Of a stretch of 64,000 nt of DNA, positions 18,107-27,334 are shown piece after piece. This DNA comes from [Candidatus Thermochlorobacteriaceae] bacterium GBChlB (GTDB taxonomy: Bacteria; Bacteroidota; Chlorobiia; Chlorobiales; Thermochlorobacteraceae). The position numbers and the translations under genes are program-made. Location: the NCBI GenBank assembly GCA_000724175.1, contig JPGV01000010.1, positions 61,199 through 125,198 on the forward strand, given 5' to 3'. Numbering within the stretch: the first letter of the stretch is position 1; each line of letters starts with the position of its first letter. The notes below the pieces were generated by a model, which ran no database searches, was not told the DNA's origin, and was given only the letters and a program-made list of their open reading frames with translations.

Positions 18107-19741
18107 TCAGATATTTCTCGCTGTGTTGATGACGTTCACATTGTTGAAGCGCGTTGTCGGGCAGCCGTGCGAGACCGCGCTCACTTGACTGGGCTGACCT
18201 TTGCCGTCGAAGAAACTTCCGCCCAATCGATAATCGCGCTCGTCGCACAGGGCAACGCACGAGTTCCAAAATTCCTGTGTGTTGGATTGATACGCTACAT
18301 CATTGAGCATTCCCACAATTTTACCGTTCTTGATTTCGTAGAACAGCTGCCCGCCAAATTGAAAATTGTAACGCTGTTGGTCGATGGAATACGAGCCTCG
18401 CCCAATGATGTAAATGCCTTTGTCAACATTTTTTATCAGTTCATCCACCGAAAGTTTTTCTCTTCCCGCCGCCAGCGAGACGTTCGGCATACGCTGAAAC
18501 TGTACATCAGCCCAGCTTTGTGCGTAAGAGCAACCGTGCGAGTCGTTCTGGTCAATGATGTGAACTTGGTCGCGCGTCGCTTGGTAATTCATAAGCATAC
18601 CGTCCTTGATTAAATCCCATCGTTTGGTCGGCACGCCTTCGTCGTCAAAGCCCACTGTGCCAAGTCCGTTGGGCTGCGTCTTATCCGCAAAAAAGTTTAC
18701 CAAGCTGCTACCGTATTTGAACGACTTTGATTTCCACTTCTCGAGCGTGGCGAAACTGGTGCCAGCATAGTTGGCTTCGTAGCCCAACACACGGTCGAGT
18801 TCGAGCGGATGCCCGACGGATTCGTGAATCGTTAGAAACAAGTGCGATGGGTCGAGAACCAAGTCATACTTGCCCGCCTCGACGGATTTCGCCGACAGTT
18901 TCTGTTGGGCATGTTTGGCAGCTTGAGCGGCGTCCTCGACGAGGTCGTAAGAATTTTTGTAGAGCGTCAGAAACTCGGACGAAAACTTATCGTTTGGTTT
19001 TGCATCGAGATATTCGTAGCCCATGCCCATTGGCGCAGAGAGCGCATTGCGCGTTTGGAATTTCCCATTGGCAATTGCGGTCACGGTGAAGTCGGGCCAG
19101 ATGCGATGCACATCTTGGTCGATGTATGAGCCGTCGGTCGAAGCGAAATACTTTTGTTCGTTGATAAGAAAGAGTTGCGAATTGACGAACTTCGCGCCGT
19201 TCTTCATTGCGGCAGCGTTGGCGGATAGTAAGAGGTCGACTTTCTGCGCCATCGGCACATCGAAGGCGTTTTTCTTAATTGGCGTCTTCCAGCTCTGCTC
19301 GCCTTGCCCGGCTTGCGGCGCGAGTTTGACCGGCTCTTTTTGAAGGCGCGAATTGGCTTTGGCAATCCCAGCCGCTCGCTCAGTGGCTCGTTTAATTCCA
19401 TCGGGCGTTACGGTGTTCGTCGATGCAAATCCCCATGTCCCGTTCACAATCACCCGCACACCGACGCCGAAGGACTCAGTATTCTGAATATTCTGAACCC
19501 TGTTCTCCCTCGTAAACACAGCTTGATTGAGGTATCTGCCGATGCGCACATCGCAATACGTTGCGTCGAGCGATTTTGCCGTGTTGAGCGCCACATCGGC
19601 GAGTTTCTTTTTCTCCGTTGGGTCGAGAACAATCGAGAGAGAAAACGGCTCGGTGAGATGGGCAAGCGACGCGGTTGGCAAACATACAGCGGTTGCGCCG
19701 AGTCCTGCAAGTTTCAAAAAGCGACGTCGTTGCATGGTCAA
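18107..19741 (-). CDS. TldD-family metalloprotease with Tat signal, paralog 2
   Basis: QRRRFLK twin-Arg signal; GKYDLVL, IHESVGHPLELDR, RMPN, DGKGQP. Confidence 0.9.
   Translation of the reverse strand: MTMQRRRFLKLAGLGATAVCLPTASLAHLTEPFSLSIVLDPTEKKKLADVALNTAKSLDATYCDVRIGRYLNQAVFTRENRVQNIQNTESFGVGVRVIVNGTWGFASTNTVTPDGIKRATERAAGIAKANSRLQKEPVKLAPQAGQGEQSWKTPIKKNAFDVPMAQKVDLLLSANAAAMKNGAKFVNSQLFLINEQKYFASTDGSYIDQDVHRIWPDFTVTAIANGKFQTRNALSAPMGMGYEYLDAKPNDKFSSEFLTLYKNSYDLVEDAAQAAKHAQQKLSAKSVEAGKYDLVLDPSHLFLTIHESVGHPLELDRVLGYEANYAGTSFATLEKWKSKSFKYGSSLVNFFADKTQPNGLGTVGFDDEGVPTKRWDLIKDGMLMNYQATRDQVHIIDQNDSHGCSYAQSWADVQFQRMPNVSLAAGREKLSVDELIKNVDKGIYIIGRGSYSIDQQRYNFQFGGQLFYEIKNGKIVGMLNDVAYQSNTQEFWNSCVALCDERDYRLGGSFFDGKGQPSQVSAVSHGCPTTRFNNVNVINTARNI
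19254..19474. repeat. 221-bp exact direct repeat, copy 1 (within tldD paralog 2)
   Basis: Base-by-base identical to 21104-21324. Confidence 0.9.
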
Positions 19742-19944
19742 TGCGCTGGCGTGAAATTTATTTTTACGGGGAACAAACGTGCATAAAGGAATTTAACGAT
19801 TCAATCCTGAAATGCAAATGAACCACACCGAAAACATTACAGCGCAGCTTTCGGAACGCTGCGAAAGGTCCTCAGCGCAATCGGCGACGACGGCGCAATC
19901 GATATGAATGAACTATCTCGAAAAATCTTTTTGGCTTCGTTGGT

Positions 19945-21588
19945 TCAGATATTTCTCGCTGTATTGATGACATTCACGCTCTTGAAGCGCGCCGTGGCAC
20001 TGCCATGCGAGACGGCGTTGCTTTGCGAGGGCTGTCCTTTGCCATCATTGAACGCGCCGCCTAATCGAAAATCGCTCTCATCGCAAATCGCCACGCACGA
20101 GTTCCAAAATTCCTGTGTGTTGGATTGATACGCCACATCTTTGAGCATCCCGACGATTTTGCCGTTCTTGATTTCGTAGAACAACTGCCCACCGAATTGA
20201 AAATTGTAACGCTGTTGGTCAATCGAGAACGAGCCGTCGCCGATGATGTAAATGCCTTTTTCGACGTCTTTGATAATCTCCTCGGGCGACAGTTTTTGTT
20301 TGCCTGCGGCGAGCGAAACGTTTGGCATACGCTGAAACTGCACATCAGCCCAACTTTGCGCGTAGCAACAGCCGTGCGACTCTTGTTGGTCAATAAGTTG
20401 CACTTGGTCGCGAATTGCTTGATAATTGACCAGAATACCGTCCTTGATTAAATCCCACCGTTTGGTCGGCACGCCCTCGTCGTCCCAGCCCACATAGCCG
20501 AGCGACCCTTCTTGTCGTTTGTCAGCAAAGAGCGTTACAATCGGCGAGCCGTATTTGAACGATTTTGATTTCCACTTCTCGAGCGTGGCGAAACTCGTTC
20601 CCGCGTAGTTGGCTTCGTAGCCCAAGACACGGTCAAGCTCGGTCGGATGTCCGACCGATTCGTGAATCGTGAGCCAAAGGTGCGACGGATCGAGAATCAA
20701 GTCATACTTGCCCGCCTCGACGGATTTCGCCGCGAGTTTTTCCTGAACTTGTTTTGCCGCCGATTTGACATCCTCGAGCATATCGTAGCGCTTTTTGTAA
20801 AGCGTCGTTACGCCGCCTGCGCCTTGCTGTTTTTCCGACGCATCGCCGTCGAGGTATTCGTAACCCATGCCGCACGGCATTGAAAGCGCATTGCGCGTTT
20901 GGAATTTGCGCGTGGCAATGTCGATGCCAGTAACGGTGAAGGTCGGGTAAATGCGGTGAATGTCTTGGTCGATGTATGAGCCGTCGGTCGAAGCGAAATA
21001 CTTTTGTTCGTTAATCATAAACATTTGGGAGTTCACGAAGCGCACGCCTAACTTCATTGCTTCGGCATTGACGGCAAGCAAGAGCTTGACCTTCTCGGCA
21101 ATTGGCACATCGAAGGCGTTTTTCTTAATTGGCGTCTTCCAGCTCTGCTCGCCTTGCCCGGCTTGCGGCGCGAGTTTGACCGGCTCTTTTTGAAGGCGCG
21201 AATTGGCTTTGGCAATCCCAGCCGCTCGCTCAGTGGCTCGTTTAATTCCATCGGGCGTTACGGTGTTCGTCGATGCAAATCCCCATGTCCCGTTCACAAT
21301 CACCCGCACACCGACGCCGAAGGATTGCGAGTTTGCAATGCCCTGCACGCGGTCTTCGCGCGTGAAAATCGCCTGATTCAAGTTGCGATTGATGCGCACA
21401 TCGCAATACGTTGCGCCGAGCGATTTTGCCGTGTTGAGCGCCACATCAGCGAGTTTCTTTTTCTCTGCCGTGTCGATTATCGGCTCGCGCGATTCGGCTT
21501 CGCTAATCGGCATTGAAAAGGCGGGAAGTGGCATCAAGGCAGCACTCATACCTAAGCCTGTGAGTTTTAAGAAATCGCGTCGTTGCAT
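19945..21588 (-). CDS. TldD-family metalloprotease with Tat signal, paralog 1
   Basis: Start taken at ATG 21588 (MQRRDFLK); IHESVGHPTELDR; highly similar to the adjacent paralog. Confidence 0.9.
   Translation of the reverse strand: MQRRDFLKLTGLGMSAALMPLPAFSMPISEAESREPIIDTAEKKKLADVALNTAKSLGATYCDVRINRNLNQAIFTREDRVQGIANSQSFGVGVRVIVNGTWGFASTNTVTPDGIKRATERAAGIAKANSRLQKEPVKLAPQAGQGEQSWKTPIKKNAFDVPIAEKVKLLLAVNAEAMKLGVRFVNSQMFMINEQKYFASTDGSYIDQDIHRIYPTFTVTGIDIATRKFQTRNALSMPCGMGYEYLDGDASEKQQGAGGVTTLYKKRYDMLEDVKSAAKQVQEKLAAKSVEAGKYDLILDPSHLWLTIHESVGHPTELDRVLGYEANYAGTSFATLEKWKSKSFKYGSPIVTLFADKRQEGSLGYVGWDDEGVPTKRWDLIKDGILVNYQAIRDQVQLIDQQESHGCCYAQSWADVQFQRMPNVSLAAGKQKLSPEEIIKDVEKGIYIIGDGSFSIDQQRYNFQFGGQLFYEIKNGKIVGMLKDVAYQSNTQEFWNSCVAICDESDFRLGGAFNDGKGQPSQSNAVSHGSATARFKSVNVINTARNI
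21104..21324. repeat. 221-bp exact direct repeat, copy 2 (within tldD paralog 1)
   Basis: Identical to 19254-19474 at an offset of 1850 bp. Confidence 0.9.
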
Positions 21589-21688
21589 GTTTGTAGATTT
21601 TTGACGTGAAAAACAAACGATTTTTTTTACGGAGGAAATGTGCCTTCGCGAATTTAACAATCGCACACTGAAAAGCAAGGCTGCCGTG

Positions 21689-23122
21689 TTATGGCGCTTT
21701 GATTGTTAGCGATGCCTTGCTCTCGTTACCACATCGGTCAATGGCTGTCAAGAAAAACTCGTTGATCGACGCGGCTTCAACGACCACGCTCGATGCAGCG
21801 ATATGCTGAAGGTGCAGTGCGCTCGATGTTGCATTTTTTCGATACACATTCACCCAACGCACATTGCTGCGCGGCGTCCATGACAACGTAAGCGAGTCGC
21901 CTCGCCTCTCGATGGCGATGTTTTCAGGTGGCAACGGCGGTTCGGCGCGCTTCCATGTCATTGGCGGAATCATCGCGCGCTGCTCAAACGAAATGCCCGC
22001 ACTTGCGGAATACGGATAAAAGACGACGCCCTCCGCGCCGAACTTTCTGGCAATCTCGACCTGCGCTTTCCACTCCGACTTAATCGCTGGCTTATAGATG
22101 CCGATGCCGATGTAGAGATGCCGAAAGTGTTTATTCTTGCACCATTCCTCGACAAGTTTTTCAAATGGCGGATTGAACTGCTTTAACGCGGCGTCGCTGG
22201 GCGTTGTCCGCCCGATGTGATAGTAGAGTTGCGGCGCAAGGTAATCACACCATTTGCGCGCCGTCCATGCCCGCGAATCTTGATAGACGTCGCTGTAGCT
22301 TTCCAGCACAGGCGTTGCATCAATGCGTCGATACACGCCAATCGGTGTAACGCCGAATTTCAGGCATGGCTTTATGGTGAGCAAGGTGTCGTGCAATGTG
22401 CCGACAAACGCCGTTATCGTTTCGCGCCGCCAGTCTGCAAGCGGCAAGCGGTTGGGATTTTGATTTCTAAATTCCGCGTCGTCGTCAAATTCTTTTTGCG
22501 GGTAACGCAGGTAATCGTCCAATTGAATGCCATCGACATCGTAGCGCGTGGCGAAATCTACGATTAACGCAATAAGGTGATTTTGAACAGGTTTGCTTGC
22601 AGGATTCAGAAACGCCGTTTCTTGGTCAGGATTCTTAACGGCAGTTTTATCAATCCATTCAGGGTGGCGTTCCCACAAACTCGGCACGCCGACGGATTTT
22701 TTTGTCGAGTTTCTGCCGCGCAAAATCATCGTATTGAACCACGCATGAAATTCCAAGCCGTATTTGCGCGACAGGTCGAGCGCATACTGCACCACATCAT
22801 ACTCGGGGCGTTTTCCGAAAACGCCAGTAAGATATTCGTGATACGGCTCTAACGGTGTCTCAAAGAGGACATCGGCGCGGACGCGCACTTGAAAAAACAC
22901 CGCGTTGAATTTGCGCGCGTGCAAATCTTTGAAGAGAGAATCGAGATGCGCTTTTTGCCGCTCGGCGTCGGTTGTTTTCGGAAAATCAATACCAAACGCA
23001 GTGGCAATCCACACGCCGCGCAGCTCGTATTTCGGCGCGGACACGCCACTGGGCTGAGCCGACACATGAACGGCACAGAGAATACTGATGGGGAACAGCC
23101 AAGCGACTTTTTTTAGGCTCAT
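21689..23122 (-). CDS. GHL10 / DUF187 (YddW-like) glycoside hydrolase-like protein with C-terminal FN3-like domain
   Basis: Signal peptide; ELRGVWIAT...DFP, NAVFFQVR, GLEFHAWFN, YDVDGIQLDDY, DYLAPQLY. Confidence 0.88.
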   Translation of the reverse strand: MSLKKVAWLFPISILCAVHVSAQPSGVSAPKYELRGVWIATAFGIDFPKTTDAERQKAHLDSLFKDLHARKFNAVFFQVRVRADVLFETPLEPYHEYLTGVFGKRPEYDVVQYALDLSRKYGLEFHAWFNTMILRGRNSTKKSVGVPSLWERHPEWIDKTAVKNPDQETAFLNPASKPVQNHLIALIVDFATRYDVDGIQLDDYLRYPQKEFDDDAEFRNQNPNRLPLADWRRETITAFVGTLHDTLLTIKPCLKFGVTPIGVYRRIDATPVLESYSDVYQDSRAWTARKWCDYLAPQLYYHIGRTTPSDAALKQFNPPFEKLVEEWCKNKHFRHLYIGIGIYKPAIKSEWKAQVEIARKFGAEGVVFYPYSASAGISFEQRAMIPPMTWKRAEPPLPPENIAIERRGDSLTLSWTPRSNVRWVNVYRKNATSSALHLQHIAASSVVVEAASINEFFLTAIDRCGNESKASLTIKAP

Positions 23123-24414
23123 ACTTCTCGGAGGTATCCCCAGTTGTGCAAGCGGTCGCTATCCTCATACCAACGGTCGCCGATGTCGGTGCGGTAATAC
23201 ATATTCGGAATGACAATGTTTTTGATTTTGCCATAAGCCGACGCCTGCGCTTGTTTCATCGTTGCGCCCAGACCGACGACGACCAACACGACGCCCGATG
23301 TTCCCGCAATCAGCCATTGCCCGTTCACTTGCTTCACGTCCTCGATGTGAATCTCCTCGCGCACAGGTTTCTTAAAGACAATCGCCGCATTTTTCGAGTA
23401 TGCCTCGAAGGTCTCTTTGTCATCGAAGGGAAAGGGCGGCACAACAATTCGGACGCCGACTTGAAAGCCGCTTTTGACTTTGAGTTTCGGGTTGTTGCCC
23501 AGCGCAAGGTCGTAAAAAAATTGTCCGATGGGCGTTACCATGCCCTCTTGTTGAATCATAATCGCTGGGTAGCCGAACCGCGCTGTAAATTCAAGCGGGT
23601 AGATGCCGTTGGCATTGACGATGCAGTTCAGATCAATGCTGCCGACATAGCCTTCTTCGGCAAGTTTCGGTTCTAACTTTTTCAGTGTTGCGTTAAAGAG
23701 TTTATTTGGCGGCGACCAGAACACGCTTGTTCCCATTTCTCCCGTGCTGGGACCGATGTTGCCCGGAAAGAGTTTCTTATGTTCAAAGTTGATGTTGATG
23801 GGGTAAATAAATTCTTTGCCGTTGAAGAACGCTGTGATGGCAACCTCGACGCCCGTTACGCGGCGCTGCAATTGGAACTGCTTGATTTCATCGGAGAACG
23901 CGCGTTTGTAGGCTTCCATCACGCGAATGATGTCTTGTCCGTCGTCCTCTTCGCCGACGAAGAGCAAGCGCTTGACATTTTGCGCCTCGCCTGAGGGTTT
24001 GAACACATATCGACTGGGATTGTCTTGCACGAAGGCAATCGCGTCGTCAAACGACGTGAAATCTTGATACGGAATGATGCTCACGCCAGCTTTCTTCAAT
24101 TCTTCCTGACCAAACGAGCGGTCGTCCTCGAGTTTATCTGTATAAGCCGTGCCGCCAATGACAAGTTTGCCTTGTTTGCGCAGCGCAGCCGCTTTTTCGC
24201 CCTGACCAAGCACATCGTCGAAGACAATTACATCTGCCCAATCGATTTCTTTTTGCCAGTCATCGGTTTTCGGCACGAAGCCATCGGCAATGTCGCGCTC
24301 CGATTCTTGCTCGATGAAATACTTGACCTCGTGTCCCTCTTTGACAATTTGCCAAGCGATGTCGCTGATCAGTCCGGCAATGGAGACGAATAAAAATCGC
24401 AGTTGTTTTTTCAT
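23119..24414 (-). CDS. Atypical phosphoribosylamine-glycine ligase-like ATP-grasp enzyme
   Basis: EHKKLFPGNIGPSTGEMG, LEFTARFG.P and YYRTDIG resemble PurD, but the canonical GSGGREHA N-terminus is absent. Confidence 0.7.
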   Translation of the reverse strand: MKKQLRFLFVSIAGLISDIAWQIVKEGHEVKYFIEQESERDIADGFVPKTDDWQKEIDWADVIVFDDVLGQGEKAAALRKQGKLVIGGTAYTDKLEDDRSFGQEELKKAGVSIIPYQDFTSFDDAIAFVQDNPSRYVFKPSGEAQNVKRLLFVGEEDDGQDIIRVMEAYKRAFSDEIKQFQLQRRVTGVEVAITAFFNGKEFIYPININFEHKKLFPGNIGPSTGEMGTSVFWSPPNKLFNATLKKLEPKLAEEGYVGSIDLNCIVNANGIYPLEFTARFGYPAIMIQQEGMVTPIGQFFYDLALGNNPKLKVKSGFQVGVRIVVPPFPFDDKETFEAYSKNAAIVFKKPVREEIHIEDVKQVNGQWLIAGTSGVVLVVVGLGATMKQAQASAYGKIKNIVIPNMYYRTDIGDRWYEDSDRLHNWGYLREV

Positions 24415-24432
24415 GGTTTTTAGGCACGGGCA

Positions 24433-25236
24433 TTATCTAAATCTGACTGTAATTTTTTCCGCCGTCTCGAGCTTGATGCCCGGCACGTTGCGCATCACCT
24501 CGCGCATGGCTTCGGGACTGTTGTCGTCTTTCATCTTCCTGAGATAGCGCAGCGTCGATGTATCGGCAAACATTTTTTCAAATTCAACTTCGGCGAGCGT
24601 GATGCGGTTGCCGTCGCGCAGATGCGCGTTGGTAGAAACGATTTCGCCCTGTGGCTCAATGTATGTAGCGATTTTCATACCCCTGAAGAAGAGCCGCATC
24701 ATGGCAAGTCCCGATTCTGCCAAGCTGTCCGACGCCGCGTCTGTTGTCTCCTCGTCCGTCTTGTCCTGTTTTACGGTTGATGCTTTGGGCGGCATGTTAA
24801 TTACGAGCTCCGACTCCGCGCCTTTCTGAAAGGCAAACGTGGTGTAAGTTTTTTGACGCGGCGCCTCGTCGCTGGCTGTTTTTTTCTTCGACGAGACTTT
24901 CTCACCAAAATCGTCGGAGAGCTTGAGCGCACTGATGTCGGAGAATTTGTAGACGACCGTGTAGCCGTCAAAGTCGTCGGTAGAGACTTTTTTCGAGGAG
25001 ACGTATTCCACGCCGTTGCCAAGCTCTGCCGCTTCTTTTTTGAGCTGCGTGGGATTATGGAACGGCTCTTTTTTCTTCTTGCCCGATTGTTGCATTTCCA
25101 GCGCAGCTTTGCTTATCAGAAACGTTTGCTCAATCGTCCCGCTTCCGTCAGGCTTGACTTTTACTTTGGTCGTTACGTCAAAACAGCCTGCAAGAACGAC
25201 GGCGCAACAGACAAACAAGACGACACACTTTTTCAT
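24433..25236 (-). CDS. Hypothetical lipoprotein
   Basis: MKKCVVLFVCCAVVLAG|C lipobox followed by VKVKPDGSG (LppM-like start). Confidence 0.75.
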   Translation of the reverse strand: MKKCVVLFVCCAVVLAGCFDVTTKVKVKPDGSGTIEQTFLISKAALEMQQSGKKKKEPFHNPTQLKKEAAELGNGVEYVSSKKVSTDDFDGYTVVYKFSDISALKLSDDFGEKVSSKKKTASDEAPRQKTYTTFAFQKGAESELVINMPPKASTVKQDKTDEETTDAASDSLAESGLAMMRLFFRGMKIATYIEPQGEIVSTNAHLRDGNRITLAEVEFEKMFADTSTLRYLRKMKDDNSPEAMREVMRNVPGIKLETAEKITVRFR

Positions 25237-25287
25237 AACAGTGGTTTTTTTGGTTGGCGAAGTTATTTCATTGACATAAGGCAAGAG

Positions 25288-26436
25288 TCATACAGAAACA
25301 GGTTCTTCCACAAAGGCTTTCATCACCGCCGAGACGCCGCTGCCGACCTCAAACGGGTGATTGATTTTTTTGAGCGTTAGTTCCAACGCACCGATAACGG
25401 TCAGCATATCCAGCTCGTCGTAAAAACCCAGATGCGAGATGCGGAAAATTTTTCCAGCGTAGTCGTCTTGTCCTGCGGCTACCGTGATGCCGTTCTCCAA
25501 TTTCAAGACCTTGTTAAACGCTTTCCACTCGACGCCCTCCGGCAGCCACACGGGCGTTACAGCAAACGACGGTGAATTACTGAACAGCCGCATGCCCAAC
25601 GCCTCGCAACCCGTCCGGCACGCCGCCGAGAGCTTTTGATGACGCTTCCAGATATTTTCAATGCCCTCTTGCTTGATGAGCTGCAGCGATTCATCAAGCC
25701 CGATAATCAATGAAACGGCGGGCGTGAAGGGCGTATCGTTGTCTTTGTAGGACTTCAACGCTTTTTTGAGCGAAAGGTAGTAGCTCGGTAGCTTGGCAGT
25801 CTCTATGGCGTTCAGAGCGCGCTCAGAGAGGGCAACTAATGCGAGTCCGGGCGGCATCATTAAGCCCTTTTGCGAGCCAGTTACGCATACATCAATCTCC
25901 CAGTCATCGAAGCGCAATTCGTGCGCTCCTACTGCCGTAATGCCGTCAACGCAGACCAGCGCGTTGGAATGTTCACGAATCGCTTTTGCCATGGCCTTTA
26001 CATCGGTTGCCGTTCCGGTCGAGGTTTCGCTGTGCGTGAAATAAACCGCCTTTGCATCGGGATGTTCTTTGAGCGTTTTGATTATCTCATCGGGCTGAAC
26101 GCTGGTTCCCCATTGAACCTTGACCTCAACGCAGTTGCCCGTAAATTTTTTCGCCATATCGACCCATCGCTCGCCGAACTTGCCGCCATTAACACAAATG
26201 AGCTTATCACCGCTTGAAAACATTGATGTCATGGTAGCTTCCACGCCGCCTGTGCCAGAGCAGGTCAAGACCAAAACCGGCTGTTTGGTTTGGAAAAGAT
26301 ATTGTAAGTCTTGATGCACCCGCGTGAGAATTTCCATGAACTCCGGGTTGCGGTGGTGAATCATCGGTTGCGCCATGCGCAGCATCACTTGTTCGGGAAC
26401 GGGCGTTGGACCGGGCGTAAAAAGTCTTTTTTTCAT
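25288..26436 (-). CDS. Class V PLP aminotransferase (serine/alanine-glyoxylate aminotransferase family)
   Basis: LFTPGPT, SGTGG.EA, HSETSTG, VDGIT, TGSQKGLMMPPGL, FRISHLG. Confidence 0.93.
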   Translation of the reverse strand: MKKRLFTPGPTPVPEQVMLRMAQPMIHHRNPEFMEILTRVHQDLQYLFQTKQPVLVLTCSGTGGVEATMTSMFSSGDKLICVNGGKFGERWVDMAKKFTGNCVEVKVQWGTSVQPDEIIKTLKEHPDAKAVYFTHSETSTGTATDVKAMAKAIREHSNALVCVDGITAVGAHELRFDDWEIDVCVTGSQKGLMMPPGLALVALSERALNAIETAKLPSYYLSLKKALKSYKDNDTPFTPAVSLIIGLDESLQLIKQEGIENIWKRHQKLSAACRTGCEALGMRLFSNSPSFAVTPVWLPEGVEWKAFNKVLKLENGITVAAGQDDYAGKIFRISHLGFYDELDMLTVIGALELTLKKINHPFEVGSGVSAVMKAFVEEPVSV

Positions 26437-26539
26437 TGGCGAAGTTGGATTGAATTGAAGCGATTATGACTTGCAAAGTTACGATGCAAAATGGGATTTT
26501 CGGGCGACGGGCGCAGTCAGAGGTCTTTGGTTATGGCGG

Positions 26540-27022
26540 TGGAGAAAGAGCGACCGACAATGTCAAGACAGGCAAACAGTTACGCACGCTGGGTCGGTTC
26601 GCCATCCGGTCGAGTCCGTCGCGTTTTCGCCCGATGGGAAGGCTTTAGCGTCGTCAGGGAACTCTGGCGGAATCATCACGCTATGGGAGGTCAAAACAGG
26701 GAAGGAAGTAAGGGGATTTGAGGGGCATCGTGATGGGGTCATATCCGTTACTTTTTCGCCCGATGGCAACACGCTTGCATCGGGAGGCACCGATGGCACA
26801 ACTCGTCTCTGGAATGTCGCCACAGGCAAGGGACTTGCAATGTTCGTCTGTTTTACCGATGGCGAATGGGTTATCTTGACGCCCGAGGGCTACTACAATG
26901 CCTCCGCCAAGGGCGACCAATACCTCAATGTCCGCGTCCGGAGTGCGGTCTATGGCATTGAAAACTACCGCGCCACGTTCATGCGTCCCGACCTTGTCCA
27001 AGCGGCGCTGTTGGGCAAGTGA
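26540..27022 (+). pseudogene. Truncated, frameshifted WD40-repeat protein remnant
   Basis: NVKTGKQLRTL lies in one frame (ORF 26466) and HPVESVAFSPDGKALAS...GHRDGVISVTFSPDG..WNV in another (ORF 26471). Only ~2 repeats remain, followed by DGEWVILTPEGYY and a stop. Confidence 0.75.
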
Positions 27023-27121
27023 GGGAATCGTTGGCAGCCGCGCCCGAGAGGGCAGGCGATGTTGGAAAGGTATGATGGACATAGGCTTGGTAAGGTAACG
27101 GCAAAGAAAATCAAGGCAGGC

Positions 27122-27145
27122 TGCTTATGTAGATGCTTATGTAGA
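27122..27145 (+). repeat. 12-bp exact tandem duplication TGCTTATGTAGA x2
   Basis: Seen directly in the intergenic DNA. Confidence 0.75.
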
Positions 27146-27334
27146 GATAAAAAAATTAAAATCAAGTTTTTTCTTCCCGAAACATTCCTTAACATCTCGC
27201 TATCGCGTTCACACATTGAACATTTTCGGCGATGAAGCGCGTGTTTCGTCTCCGCCGCTCCCGAAGACTTTTAAAACTGTTTATCGACCAAGCAGCCGTG
27301 GTGGTCTGCCGACGTTTTTTTGGGAACTAAACGA

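Noticed and set aside
19254..21324. Diversity-generating retroelement (TR/VR pair) interpretation of the repeat
   Set aside because: The copies are fully identical with no adenine-specific differences, and no reverse transcriptase is present.
16717..24414. RiPP cluster hypothesis (ATP-grasp + TldD/E)
   Set aside because: No precursor peptide, YcaO or RRE gene was seen, and the TldDs appear exported while the ligase is cytoplasmic.
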